Shown piece by piece: positions 22,152 to 32,390 of a DNA stretch of 61,555 nucleotides (position 1 is its first letter; each line of letters starts with the position of its first letter). The notes beneath the pieces are model-generated. The model was not told the origin of the DNA and ran no database searches. It saw nothing but the letters and a program-made list of their open reading frames with translations. The stretch is from a virus (taxonomy: Duplodnaviria > Caudoviricetes): the IMG/VR virus record IMGVR_UViG_3300032246_000804, positions 1 through 61,555 of that record; one strand, 5' to 3'. Made by a program: the position numbers and the translations under genes.

Positions 22152-22586
22152 ATGGAAAACCTTGAACAAATTTTAGAATACTGGACAGCCGATTCTGACA
22201 TAGACCAAACAGAACCAGGCAAAGAACTTTTAAAGATTCCAAAACTACACAACAAGTATTTGTCTTTACTTACTAAGCACAAAATTGCCTCAAAGAGGGT
22301 TCATTTTGATTACATGCGTATGCGTAAGATTAAATACGAATACTATTCTGGTAAAATGGACAAAGATGAATTGGAAAAGTACGGATGGCAACAGTTTGGT
22401 TATACACTCAAATCTGATATGCCGACTTATCTAGAATCTGACAATGACCTAATCAAGTTATTGGAAAAGAAAATTTACCATGAAGAAGTGGTATCTGTTG
22501 TTGAATCTATTATGGGTGAACTCAAACAAAGAACTTGGCAACTAAGAGAGTATATTGCATGGGAGAGATTCATTGGAGGACAATAA
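22152..22586 (+). CDS. uvsY: Recombination mediator UvsY
   Basis: IPKLHNKYL, KYEYYSGK, RTWQLREYIAWERF. Confidence 0.9.
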   Translation: MENLEQILEYWTADSDIDQTEPGKELLKIPKLHNKYLSLLTKHKIASKRVHFDYMRMRKIKYEYYSGKMDKDELEKYGWQQFGYTLKSDMPTYLESDNDLIKLLEKKIYHEEVVSVVESIMGELKQRTWQLREYIAWERFIGGQ

Positions 22587-24090
22587 CCATGTATTTTTAT
22601 CCAAAGTAAATGAAGTTTACATGAGGATAAAATGTGAGAAGCACATTGCACAAGAGATTTCTGAATTTTTTACATTCTTTGTTCCAGGACACCAGTTCGT
22701 TCCTGCGTTTCGTAACAGAATATGGGATGGAAAGATTAGACTTTTTGATTTAAGAAATGGCCAGTTGTACATTGGCTTATTAAATTACTTAGAAGAATTT
22801 TGTGAGTCTAGAGATTACACAATTGGCTATCATGAGAATGCGGCATACTTGGGTATTGAAAATGAATTTTCTGTATATCATGCCAAAAAATTTGCATCTA
22901 ATTTAAACCTGCATTCTCGTGGTAAAAAGATTGAAATACGGGATCATCAGGTGGATGCATTATGCCATGCAATGCAGAAGCGTAGGACATTATTATTATC
23001 TCCAACAGCATCAGGTAAATCATTGATTATATACTTGTTAGTTAGACAGTTACTGGATTATAAAAACTTCAAAGGGTTGATTATTGTTCCAACAACATCT
23101 TTAGTTGAACAGTTATATTCAGACTTTGCAGATTATTCCAGTGAAAATGATTTTGATGTTACTCAAACAGTACATAGAATATATCAGGGCAAAGATAAAA
23201 ACTCAGAATCCGCAAAACTGTATATCTCTACATGGCAATCATTATATCAAATGCCTGCAAGTTATTTTGAACAATTTGATTATGTTATTGGTGATGAAGC
23301 GCATTTATTCAAAGCTCAATCACTTACATCGATACTAACATCATGTATTAACGCCCAATATCGTGTAGGACTAACTGGAACACTTGACGGCACCAAAACA
23401 CACAAGTTAGTACTAGAAGGACTTTTCGGTTCAACCAAGCGTGTTATAACGACAAAAGAATTAATAGACAAGAATGAATTATCTAAATTTGAAATAAAAT
23501 GTTTAATTTTGAAACATCCAGATGAGATTTGCCTAGAAATGAAGGACAAAGACTACCAGGCTGAAATACAATATCTAATTGCAAACGAACAGCGGAATAA
23601 ATTCATTAAGAATCTTGCGGTTAGTTTAGGTAATAATACACTTATATTATATCAAATGGTTGCCAAACATGGACAAATCCTCTATGATATGATTAAGAAC
23701 ACCGAGAAAATTGGTGATCGAAAAGTCTTTTTCATTTCAGGTAAAACGGAAACGGAAGACAGAGAAAGTATTCGTAAAATTATGGAGACAGAAAATGATG
23801 CTATCGTTGTTGCTTCTTTTGGCACTTTTAGTACCGGAATTAACATTAGGAATTTACATAACATTATATTTGCATCTCCTTCAAAGTCAAGGATTCGCAA
23901 TTTGCAATCAATTGGAAGAGGGCTTCGGCAATCTGAAGGTAAAGAAGTAGCCACACTATATGATATTGCAGATGATTTACGTTATAAGAAACATATGAAT
24001 TTTACATTAAAACACTTTGTTGAAAGAGTGAAAATATATACAGATGAAAAGTTTCCTTTTAAGACCTATAAAATAGGATTGAAAAAATGA
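22573..24090 (+). CDS. uvsW: SF2 helicase UvsW (start uncertain; TTG at 22573 preferred)
   Basis: WDGKIRLF, SPTASGKS, DEAH, GLTGT, QSIGRGLR. Confidence 0.95.
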   Translation: MEDNNHVFLSKVNEVYMRIKCEKHIAQEISEFFTFFVPGHQFVPAFRNRIWDGKIRLFDLRNGQLYIGLLNYLEEFCESRDYTIGYHENAAYLGIENEFSVYHAKKFASNLNLHSRGKKIEIRDHQVDALCHAMQKRRTLLLSPTASGKSLIIYLLVRQLLDYKNFKGLIIVPTTSLVEQLYSDFADYSSENDFDVTQTVHRIYQGKDKNSESAKLYISTWQSLYQMPASYFEQFDYVIGDEAHLFKAQSLTSILTSCINAQYRVGLTGTLDGTKTHKLVLEGLFGSTKRVITTKELIDKNELSKFEIKCLILKHPDEICLEMKDKDYQAEIQYLIANEQRNKFIKNLAVSLGNNTLILYQMVAKHGQILYDMIKNTEKIGDRKVFFISGKTETEDRESIRKIMETENDAIVVASFGTFSTGINIRNLHNIIFASPSKSRIRNLQSIGRGLRQSEGKEVATLYDIADDLRYKKHMNFTLKHFVERVKIYTDEKFPFKTYKIGLKK

Positions 24091-24452
24091 TTAGAATAGC
24101 CAGACTAGTTGAAGGCAGCGATGTTGTGTCAGAAATAGAAGAAATCATGGAAGGCGAATTTCTATTTACTAATCCTATGGCATTCTCTATTCAAAATAGA
24201 GGAATTGCATCACATATAACTTTGGCTTTTTTCTTGCCTCAAGCATTTATAGAAAAAAATGAAATGATTTTGTCAAAAAAAGACATATTGTTTTTTCTTA
24301 GTCCAAAAGAAGAATTCTGCGAATATTATGAAAACTCTGTGAACCAATACTATGAAATGGAAAAAGAAGAAAGACCTATGTCTGAAAATTTAAAAGACAT
24401 AATGTTAAAAGCCTTTATTGATTTGGATCCAGAAGAAAAGGTAATTCATTAA
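24087..24452 (+). CDS. Hypothetical protein between uvsW and gp55
   Basis: 121-aa ORF with ATGA overlap to uvsW. Confidence 0.65.
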   Translation: MIRIARLVEGSDVVSEIEEIMEGEFLFTNPMAFSIQNRGIASHITLAFFLPQAFIEKNEMILSKKDILFFLSPKEEFCEYYENSVNQYYEMEKEERPMSENLKDIMLKAFIDLDPEEKVIH

Positions 24453-24523
24453 TTTCAATGGTCAACACCGGGAGACTAACATTAGTCAAGCCCTTTTGTC
24501 AACACTTATTTTGGTATACTTAC

Positions 24524-25111
24524 ATGAGCTCTAAACATTACATTAACAACGCAACCTTTCTCCAAGAATTATTGGCATATAAAGAGAGAAAGAAAACTAA
24601 TCCAAAAGAACCAATACCAAACTATATTGGTGAATGCTGGATGAAAATTGCCGAAGGATTGTCACACAAGCCTAACTTCATCAGTTATTCCTACAGAGAT
24701 GAAATGATTTCCGATGGTATTGAAAACTGCCTCATGTACTTTGAGAATTTTGATCCATCTAAATCTTCGAATCCATTTGCATACTTCACGCAGATAATTT
24801 ACTTTGCGTTTCTAAGACGTATCCAAAAAGAGAAGAAACAACTGTATATCAAGTATAAATCTACTGCACAGATGGGCATTCTAGATGACCACGAAATGGT
24901 TGATGGTGACACAGGATCATCAAAACAGTTTGAACTTTATGATAACATTGCCGAATTTATTGAGACATATGAGATAAGTCAATCCAAAAAGAAAGCAGAC
25001 AAGAAACTTGCCAAGAAGCCAAAGGGAATCGAAGCTTTCTTAGAAGGACCAGGCGAATTGGAAATAAACTTATTGGAAAATGAATTTGTTAATTTTGAAG
25101 AAGAACTATAG
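24524..25111 (+). CDS. gp55: Late transcription sigma factor gp55
   Basis: HYINNATF, IAEGLSHKPNF, EMISDGIENC, NPFAYFTQIIYFAFLRRIQKEKKQ; ATG at 24524 preferred. Confidence 0.95.
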   Translation: MSSKHYINNATFLQELLAYKERKKTNPKEPIPNYIGECWMKIAEGLSHKPNFISYSYRDEMISDGIENCLMYFENFDPSKSSNPFAYFTQIIYFAFLRRIQKEKKQLYIKYKSTAQMGILDDHEMVDGDTGSSKQFELYDNIAEFIETYEISQSKKKADKKLAKKPKGIEAFLEGPGELEINLLENEFVNFEEEL

Positions 25112-25137
25112 AAATTTGGTATAATTGAAAAAAAGAA

Positions 25138-25166
25138 TTGACAAAATGAATCTTTTAGATTACAAT
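25138..25166 (+). promoter_or_regulatory. Sigma70-like promoter
   Basis: TTGACA-N17-TACAAT, overlapping the 5' end of the downstream ORF. Confidence 0.5.
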
Positions 25167-25574
25167 GAGCATAACCTTGCCATAATTTCTGGATTAATAC
25201 TTAAAAACCTAACCTATGACCTGTTACCTAGGAAATGGTGGGGTAAGAATTCAACCAATCCATTATTTGGACATTGCCATAATGCTACTGGTTGTTTATA
25301 TAAAGTTTTTGGTCATAAAGCAATGCACGCTTATAGGGCTTTAGACCAAGAAGGTATATGGCACTGGTGGGCAATAGATAAAGAGAACAAGATTATTGAT
25401 TTGACGGCTGCACAATATACAAGTAGAGGAAAGAATCCTCCTTATGCAGAGGGCAACAAAGCTAGTTTACTTGGTTTTGAATACCGTAAAAGAGTTGTAA
25501 GACTTACAGATAGGGTGATGTGTGAATATGAAGGCAGCGATAATAACGGATCAGCACTATGGAGCAAGGAATGA
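25146..25574 (+). CDS. Hypothetical protein, possible Cys-His-Asp (papain/transglutaminase-like) fold
   Basis: GHCHNAT...HWW...IIDLTAAQY pattern. Confidence 0.5.
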   Translation: MNLLDYNEHNLAIISGLILKNLTYDLLPRKWWGKNSTNPLFGHCHNATGCLYKVFGHKAMHAYRALDQEGIWHWWAIDKENKIIDLTAAQYTSRGKNPPYAEGNKASLLGFEYRKRVVRLTDRVMCEYEGSDNNGSALWSKE

Positions 25575-26598
25575 CTCCATTCATTTTTTGGACTACTATG
25601 AAAAATTTTATAAAGATACTTTCTTTCCTACTATTGATGTTTGTGGCATACGAACTGTACTCATTCTTGGAGATACTTTTGACCGCAGAAAGTATATCAA
25701 CTTTTACTCCCTAAAAAGAACAAAAGAAATGTTCTTTGATCCTCTTGTAGAAAGAGGTATTGAAGTACACATGTTAGCAGGCAATCATGACACATACTTT
25801 AAAAATACCAATGATGTTAACTCTGTAGATTTGTTATTGAAAGAATATGGCAACATCAATGTGATTGATTCACCTTCTGAAATTTATGTTGGTCCACATA
25901 AGATTTGTATGATGCCTTGGATTTGTCCAGAGAATTATGGTGATTCTATGGATATGTTAAAAGAAACTGATGCAAGTATATGCATGGGTCATTTTGAAAT
26001 TGCAGGATTTGCCATGCATCGTGGCATGCCATCTGAAGAAGGATTAAATCGTGAATTATTCCGAAAGTTTACACATACTTTTAGTGGTCATTATCACCAT
26101 AAATCTAATGCTAACGACATATATTATCTTGGAAATCCGTACGAACTTACTTGGCAAGATTATAATGATGAAAGAGGTTTTCACATCTTTGATTTTGAAA
26201 GTAAAGAACTTGATTTCTATAAAAATCCTAACATAATGTTCCACAAAATTGTCTATGATGATAAAACACAATCAATCCAAGACATTATGACAAAAGACGT
26301 AAGTAAGTATACCAGCACATATGTGAAAGTTGTTGCTGTTAACAAAACGAATCCGTACTTGTTTGACCAACTTATGAACAAGTTGTATATGGTAAATCCA
26401 CTCGATATTACCATTGTAGAAGATGCATTAGACTTGACAGAAGGCGTGGAAAATGATAACATCGATGAAGCGGAAGACACAGTGACCATCATTAATAAGT
26501 ATGTTGATGCACTGGAGAATTCTGGTATTGATAACAATAAATTAAAAAATATGTTAAAAGAACTTTATGTTGAGGCATTGAATCTAGAGCAAACATGA
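25528..26598 (+). CDS. gp47: Recombination endonuclease subunit gp47 (Mre11/SbcD-like)
   Basis: ITDQHYG, LGDTFDRRK, GNHD, GHFE, SGHYH. Confidence 0.95.
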   Translation: MKAAIITDQHYGARNDSIHFLDYYEKFYKDTFFPTIDVCGIRTVLILGDTFDRRKYINFYSLKRTKEMFFDPLVERGIEVHMLAGNHDTYFKNTNDVNSVDLLLKEYGNINVIDSPSEIYVGPHKICMMPWICPENYGDSMDMLKETDASICMGHFEIAGFAMHRGMPSEEGLNRELFRKFTHTFSGHYHHKSNANDIYYLGNPYELTWQDYNDERGFHIFDFESKELDFYKNPNIMFHKIVYDDKTQSIQDIMTKDVSKYTSTYVKVVAVNKTNPYLFDQLMNKLYMVNPLDITIVEDALDLTEGVENDNIDEAEDTVTIINKYVDALENSGIDNNKLKNMLKELYVEALNLEQT

Positions 26599-28310
26599 TT
26601 ACTTTTCAGACCATCAGATGGAAGAACTTATTGTCCACAGGCAATAGCTTTACCGAAATCAAACTTGATAAATCTCCAAATACTTTAATCATCGGCAATA
26701 ATGGTGCAGGTAAAAGTACTATTTTGGATGCCTTATGTTTTGGTTTGTTCGGTAAGCCTTTTCGTAAAATTAACAAACCAAATCTTGTAAACTCAATTAA
26801 CAATACGGATGCTGTAGTAGAAGTTGAATTTACTATTGGTAAAAAATCATACAAGATTGTTCGTGGTATTAAACCAAATACATTCGAAATATATTGTAAT
26901 TCAGTTTTATTGAATCAAGATGCCAAGTCAAGAGACTATCAAGAATTTTTAGAAAAATCAATTCTAAAGTTTAACTATAAATCTTTTACTCAAATTGTTA
27001 TTCTTGGGTCTGCATCATTTGTTCCTTTCATGCAATTGTCTCCAGCTGACCGCAGGACAATCATAGAAGAGCTGCTTGATATACAAATTTTTACATCAAT
27101 GAATGGTATTATCAAGGACCGAATGGCCGGTATAAAAGAATCCACAACAAAAACAAAGTATGCAATTGAGTTGACTACAGAAAAGATAAAGTTACAAGAA
27201 CAAAACATTGAAGAACATAAGAAAAACAACGAAGAAGAAGTTGCAAAAAAACAACAAGAAATTGTTGAAAATGAACAAACAATGTTTAAATTGAACAAAG
27301 ACATTGAACTTATTTCTAGACATATTAGTAAACTATCTGATAAAATTATTGATAAATCAGATGTAGAAAAAAGAAACAAGAAGTTTGTACAGCTTGAAGC
27401 TAAAATGGCATCTACTTATTTAAAAGTGGAAAAAGACATTCAATTTTATGAACACAATGATGATTGTCCTACTTGTAAACAGGTTATTACGGCCGATTGG
27501 AAGACTTCACAAGTAGAAGAAAAACAAAAAAAGAAAACAGAAATAGAAGATGCTCTGAAAACTATTACAGATGAAATGTTCAAACTCACAACAAGGACTA
27601 ATCAGATTGCAAGTATTAACAAACATATTAATGAACATCAAAATGAAATTGTTAAACACAATTCCACAATTATAGCAATTAATCGTTATATCGTTAAGTT
27701 GAATAAAGAAATTTTGGAGTTGAGTAAACGAAAAGACAATCTAACAAATGAAGATGAAAAATTAAAGCAACTAGGATTAGAGTTGGCAAAATTAAACAAA
27801 GAACAAGAAGATTTGTCGATTGATAAACATTACCATGAGTACGCCGCTTCTTTGTTGAAAGACAATGGTATCAAAACCAAAATCATTAAACAATATTTGC
27901 CAATTATAAACAAGTTTGTGAACAAGTATTTGAAAGCTATGGACTTCTTTGTTAACTTTAATCTAAATGAAAATTTTGAAGAAACAATCAAGTCTAGGCA
28001 TCGTGATGAATTTAGTTACTCAAACTTTTCTGAAGGTGAAAAGATGCGTATAGATTTGGCTTTGTTATTCACTTGGCGACAAATAGCAAAGTTAAAGAAT
28101 TCAACCAATACAAATCTTTTAATACTAGATGAAGTGTTTGATTCTAGCCTAGATACTGTAGGTACAGATGAGTTTTTAAAATTGATACAAGAAATGGGAC
28201 AAGATACAAACATATTTGTTATCAGTCACAAAGGCGACCAACTCTTTGATAAGTTTAGGTCTATCGTTAAATTCGAGAAAAAGAATAACTTCTCACAGGT
28301 GGTAAAATGA
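26595..28310 (+). CDS. gp46: Recombination ATPase subunit gp46 (Rad50/SbcC-like)
   Basis: GNNGAGKS, CPTC zinc hook, FSEGEKMRIDLAL, LDEVFDSSLD. Confidence 0.97.
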   Translation: MITFQTIRWKNLLSTGNSFTEIKLDKSPNTLIIGNNGAGKSTILDALCFGLFGKPFRKINKPNLVNSINNTDAVVEVEFTIGKKSYKIVRGIKPNTFEIYCNSVLLNQDAKSRDYQEFLEKSILKFNYKSFTQIVILGSASFVPFMQLSPADRRTIIEELLDIQIFTSMNGIIKDRMAGIKESTTKTKYAIELTTEKIKLQEQNIEEHKKNNEEEVAKKQQEIVENEQTMFKLNKDIELISRHISKLSDKIIDKSDVEKRNKKFVQLEAKMASTYLKVEKDIQFYEHNDDCPTCKQVITADWKTSQVEEKQKKKTEIEDALKTITDEMFKLTTRTNQIASINKHINEHQNEIVKHNSTIIAINRYIVKLNKEILELSKRKDNLTNEDEKLKQLGLELAKLNKEQEDLSIDKHYHEYAASLLKDNGIKTKIIKQYLPIINKFVNKYLKAMDFFVNFNLNENFEETIKSRHRDEFSYSNFSEGEKMRIDLALLFTWRQIAKLKNSTNTNLLILDEVFDSSLDTVGTDEFLKLIQEMGQDTNIFVISHKGDQLFDKFRSIVKFEKKNNFSQVVK

Positions 28311-28921
28311 GTGAAATATTTAATTATAATACAGAAGAATTAATAAAACCAAAAGTAATACAACAAGAACCTTCCGTTTTTGATTTAGTTCCTGAAAATT
28401 CTCCAATACTTAAACAAGTGATGCCAGAATTTGATTTTACAAAACCTCCAGTTAACCCTAATGAATTTGCTTCTAAATTGGTAGAAACTTGTAAACATCA
28501 CAATGGTTACGGCCTATCTGCAAATCAATGTGGTTATCCATATCGTGTTTTTGTTATGGGCACAGGTGATGATTATGTGGCATTTTTTAATCCAAAGGTT
28601 GTAGAATCCATTGGAGAATCTCATATTGTAGAAGCTTGTTTATCCTTTCCACTGTTAGGTCTTAGAATTACCAGATCAAAAGAAATTGTGGTAGAATACC
28701 AAGATTTTGTTGGTGCCAAACATACCACAAGATTCGATGGCATATCTGCAAGATGTTTTCTCCATGAGCTTGACCACATGAATGGAATAGTGTATACTGA
28801 ACGTGTAAAACCGTTGGCACTAAAGTTTGGATTAGACAAACGCCAGAAAACAATGAAAACTTTTGTTAAGAATCACACCAAATATATGAACGCAATGAAA
28901 AATGGCAAAACCGCAAATTGA
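28307..28921 (+). CDS. def: Peptide deformylase
   Basis: GYGLSANQCG, EACLS, HELDH motifs. Confidence 0.92.
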   Translation: MSEIFNYNTEELIKPKVIQQEPSVFDLVPENSPILKQVMPEFDFTKPPVNPNEFASKLVETCKHHNGYGLSANQCGYPYRVFVMGTGDDYVAFFNPKVVESIGESHIVEACLSFPLLGLRITRSKEIVVEYQDFVGAKHTTRFDGISARCFLHELDHMNGIVYTERVKPLALKFGLDKRQKTMKTFVKNHTKYMNAMKNGKTAN

Positions 28922-30173
28922 TCCTGTAGAAAAACAATGGGCAGATTGGTTAGAAAAAAACCCAACACATGAACACATCGACGTTGATAATCTAAAAAAG
29001 ATTTTGATTGAAGACTTGTCCTATGCATCGAAAATGGATGTAAAAGAATATACTTTGTATCAGAAATGGTGTGAAGTTAAAGAACGTTATCCTGTACATG
29101 AGTCTAATGGCCTGTCTATGATGTTGGGTGAAACTCCCGAAATGGTCAATGACGAACAAAGAATTCTTATCCATAATGTTAAGAAAAACTTTTGGATGCC
29201 AACTGGTCCTGATGACTATGAAAAACTACAACCAGTATTAGAACTATCCAATGGAGACTTAGCAGAAACTTGGAATGCCGTTCGTACTTTTTCGTCCACA
29301 ATGAAGAACAATTCAAACATTGGACGTAACCTATTTTATACAGTCAAAGATGGTGTGACAGGAAAGTATCTTGGTGTTATCTGCATCTCGTCTGACTTTC
29401 TTGACCTTACACCAAGAGATACTGCAATTGGATGGTCTAGGGATGTTAAGACACAACAAAGTATGATTAACCATACTGCAATTGGTTCTACCATTGTTCC
29501 TTTGCAACCTCTTGGTTATAGTTACATGGGTGGTAAATTGCTGGCACTTCTTTGTTTGGCAGATACAGTACAGAAAGATTGGAAAGAAAGATATGGAGAC
29601 ACTCTTGTTGGGGTTACTACAACGTCATTGTATGGAAAAACCAAGCTCAACGGACTTTCTCAGTATGATGGTTTGGAACATTGGCAAAAAATGGGATTTT
29701 CTTCTGGATCAGTTGCGTTTGAACCTTCTCGTTCTACTCGCAATATGGTATTTAAGTGGATCAAAGAAAACGAACCAAGAAAATACTTTGAATGGTGGGA
29801 AGCAAAAAATCCACAAGGACTTCCACTAAAACGTGACCATAAAAATAGGTCACTAAATTACGCATATTCTAAGCTTGGTATTCCAAAAGAATTGATTCGT
29901 ACCGAACATCAACGTGGAATTTATTTTTCTCCGTTGTACAATAACACAAATGAATTTTTGCGTAAAGAAATTGGTGACCCTGAGTTGATAAAGTCTTTTG
30001 ACACAAGTGAAGAAACTTTGTCTAACATATGGAAAACAAAGTATGCCAAAGGCAGAATTAGGCAATTACAGAAACAAAATAAAGTGTCGTATGAAAATCT
30101 TTTTTATGACGATTTGATATATTTGTCTTGGGAAGAAACCAAGGCCAAATATTTGCCACAAGTTGGCAGATGA
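28902..30173 (+). CDS. DUF4338/DruA-like protein (paralog 1)
   Basis: GRNLFYTV...GKYLG...RDTAIGW...PLGYSYMGGKLLALL...TTTSLYG...SQYDGL. Confidence 0.65.
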   Translation: MAKPQIDPVEKQWADWLEKNPTHEHIDVDNLKKILIEDLSYASKMDVKEYTLYQKWCEVKERYPVHESNGLSMMLGETPEMVNDEQRILIHNVKKNFWMPTGPDDYEKLQPVLELSNGDLAETWNAVRTFSSTMKNNSNIGRNLFYTVKDGVTGKYLGVICISSDFLDLTPRDTAIGWSRDVKTQQSMINHTAIGSTIVPLQPLGYSYMGGKLLALLCLADTVQKDWKERYGDTLVGVTTTSLYGKTKLNGLSQYDGLEHWQKMGFSSGSVAFEPSRSTRNMVFKWIKENEPRKYFEWWEAKNPQGLPLKRDHKNRSLNYAYSKLGIPKELIRTEHQRGIYFSPLYNNTNEFLRKEIGDPELIKSFDTSEETLSNIWKTKYAKGRIRQLQKQNKVSYENLFYDDLIYLSWEETKAKYLPQVGR

Positions 30174-30195
30174 GTTAAGTATACCACAAATGTGC

Positions 30196-30224
30196 TTGAC
30201 AAACATCATATATAATAGTATGAT
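30196..30224 (+). promoter_or_regulatory. Sigma70-like early promoter
   Basis: TTGACA-N17-TATGAT. Confidence 0.7.
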
Positions 30225-30273
30225 GTTGATTCTCACGCAATGTGAGGTTTTTTAAATTATTAGGAGTTATATT

Positions 30274-30543
30274 ATGCAAAAGCTATCCGCAAAACAACGT
30301 ATGTTGAACACTTTGAAAAAATCTAGTGGCTACAACACATTCACAACCAAGCAAGCGCAAGCACGTTTTGGTATCAGCAATGTTGCTGCACGTATTGACG
30401 AATTGCGTCAAGAAGGTAATGTTATTTACACCAACACCAAGTATTTGGAAGATGGTCGTAAAATTTCTTTCTACCGTCTTGGTACACCAACCAAAGCTTT
30501 GGTTCAAGCCGCATTGAGCGCTGGTTACTCACTAACTGCTTAA
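30274..30543 (+). CDS. Small winged-HTH DNA-binding protein
   Basis: FTTKQAQARFGISNVAARIDELRQEG...YRLG; strong AGGAG SD. Confidence 0.7.
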   Translation: MQKLSAKQRMLNTLKKSSGYNTFTTKQAQARFGISNVAARIDELRQEGNVIYTNTKYLEDGRKISFYRLGTPTKALVQAALSAGYSLTA

Positions 30544-30556
30544 TCAAGCAATCCCT

Positions 30557-30580
30557 AAGCCACTCTTAGGGGTGGCTTTC
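30557..30580 (+). terminator. Stem-loop, possible terminator
   Basis: AAGCCACTC-TTAG-GGGTGGCTT. Confidence 0.5.
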
Positions 30581-30599
30581 CCTATTTTATGGAGTTTAC

Positions 30600-31397
30600 A
30601 TGGAAATAAGTATTAAAAAAGAAGAGCTTCAGAAGTACAGCATATTTGTTGCAACACCAATGTATGGTGGCATGAATCATGGATTGTACATGAAAGCATG
30701 TTTGGACTTACAAGGCCTTTGTATGCAATACGGAATCCAAGTAAAGTTTTCTTTCTTGTTCAATGAATCGTTAATCACACGAGCAAGAAATTATTTGGTC
30801 GATGAATTTTTGTATCGTTCCGAATGTACACATCTTTTGTTTATTGATTCGGATATTAACTTTAATCCGCAAGATGTTGTTGCCATGTTGGCACTTGACA
30901 AAGAAGTTATTGGCGGTCCTTATCCGAAAAAAGCAATCAAGTGGAAAGCTGTCAAGAAAGCTCTTGAAAAGAATCCCTCTATTGAAGCTAACATCTTAGA
31001 AAAAGTTGCAGGTGACTTTGTGTTTAATCCTGTTAAAGGAACTGCACAATTTTCTGTAACACAACCACTAGAAGTTTTGGAAATTGGAACTGGTTTCATG
31101 ATGGTCAAACGTGAAGTTTTTCCTAAGTTTGCTGCACAGTATCCTGAACTTAAATATAAACCTGACCATGTAGGTCAAGCAAACTTTGACGGCACTCGTT
31201 ACATCCATGCTTACTTTGATACTGTAATTGATAAAGAGTCTGAGCGTTATCTATCAGAAGATTACATGTTCTGTCAATGGTGGAGAAACATGGGTGGTTC
31301 AATTTGGTTATGTCCTTGGATGCGTACAGCACACATTGGAACTTATCACTTCCATGGAGATATGCCTGCTGTTGCAAATTATGTTGGAGAAATGTAA
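30600..31397 (+). CDS. GT-A fold glycosyltransferase-like protein
   Basis: IFVATPMYGG, ESLITRARN, FIDSD (DxD), GTGFMMV, LSEDYMFC. Confidence 0.7.
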   Translation: MEISIKKEELQKYSIFVATPMYGGMNHGLYMKACLDLQGLCMQYGIQVKFSFLFNESLITRARNYLVDEFLYRSECTHLLFIDSDINFNPQDVVAMLALDKEVIGGPYPKKAIKWKAVKKALEKNPSIEANILEKVAGDFVFNPVKGTAQFSVTQPLEVLEIGTGFMMVKREVFPKFAAQYPELKYKPDHVGQANFDGTRYIHAYFDTVIDKESERYLSEDYMFCQWWRNMGGSIWLCPWMRTAHIGTYHFHGDMPAVANYVGEM

Positions 31398-31735
31398 TGC
31401 CTGAAATGATAGAAGCTGGTCGTAAATATGATTCTAATAAATTAGAGTACGGTTTACTTCCGCCTCTAGCACTAGAAGAAACTGTTAGAGTTTTAACTTT
31501 TGGTGCTCAGAAATATGAACGTGATAACTGGAAAAAAGTACCTGATTCTAAACGCAGGTACTTTGATGCATTAGAAAGACATGTTTGGGCATGGAAAAAA
31601 GGTGAAGTTATGGATACCGAATCTGGTATTCATCACTTGGCTCATGCTATGTGCTGCTTGATGTTCCTTTACGAACATGATATAATGTATTCTAATGAAA
31701 ATTTTGTAATGGAGAAAAATGATGAAACTATCTAA
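31397..31735 (+). CDS. dATP/dGTP diphosphohydrolase N-terminal-domain protein (DUF5664-like)
   Basis: GRKYDSNK, FGAQKYERDNW, ALERH, DTESGIHHLAHA; ATG at 31397 overlaps the upstream stop. Confidence 0.8.
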   Translation: MPEMIEAGRKYDSNKLEYGLLPPLALEETVRVLTFGAQKYERDNWKKVPDSKRRYFDALERHVWAWKKGEVMDTESGIHHLAHAMCCLMFLYEHDIMYSNENFVMEKNDETI

Positions 31736-32390
31736 TGAAACCCTAAATGTGTTGAAAAACTTTTCAGCAATCAATCAGGGTATTGAATTTAAACAAGGTA
31801 ATAAACTTACCACAATCTCAGCAGGTAAATCTGTACTTGCTCAAGCAACACTTAAAGATGATTTCCCTGAAAGTTTTTGTGTATATGATTTGAATCAGTT
31901 TTTGTCTGTGTATTCCTTATTCAAGGGTGCAACAGAGTTGGAATTTGATTCTGCAAATGTTATTTTTAGTTCTGGTCGCAGTAAGACTAAATTTCGCAAA
32001 GCTGCTAAAGAAATGATTATCACACCACCAAATAAAGAAATCAAATTGGATGATGTTGATTGTTCATTTACTTTAACCACTGAAGATTATGCTGACATTA
32101 TGAAGGCATCTTCTGTGTTATCTTCTCCAAACATTGCAGTACAATCTGATGGTAATTCTATCGAATTGGTATCTTATGATGCTAAAGATGATGCACAACA
32201 CACCAATTCAATTAATGTTGGTGAAGGTAATGGCAAATCATATAAGATTGTTTTCAAAACAGAAAACATTAAGATGGTTCCTGGTGAATATGCCGTGCAA
32301 ATTTCTTTCAAAGGTTTTGCACATTTTAAAAACACAAAAGATGATATTCAATATTGGGTAGCATTCGAAAAAAATGAAAGTATAATGTGA
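31719..32390 (+). CDS. gp45: Sliding clamp gp45
   Basis: MKLSNETLNVLKNFSAINQ, YDLNQFLS, YWVAFE. Confidence 0.95.
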   Translation: MMKLSNETLNVLKNFSAINQGIEFKQGNKLTTISAGKSVLAQATLKDDFPESFCVYDLNQFLSVYSLFKGATELEFDSANVIFSSGRSKTKFRKAAKEMIITPPNKEIKLDDVDCSFTLTTEDYADIMKASSVLSSPNIAVQSDGNSIELVSYDAKDDAQHTNSINVGEGNGKSYKIVFKTENIKMVPGEYAVQISFKGFAHFKNTKDDIQYWVAFEKNESIM

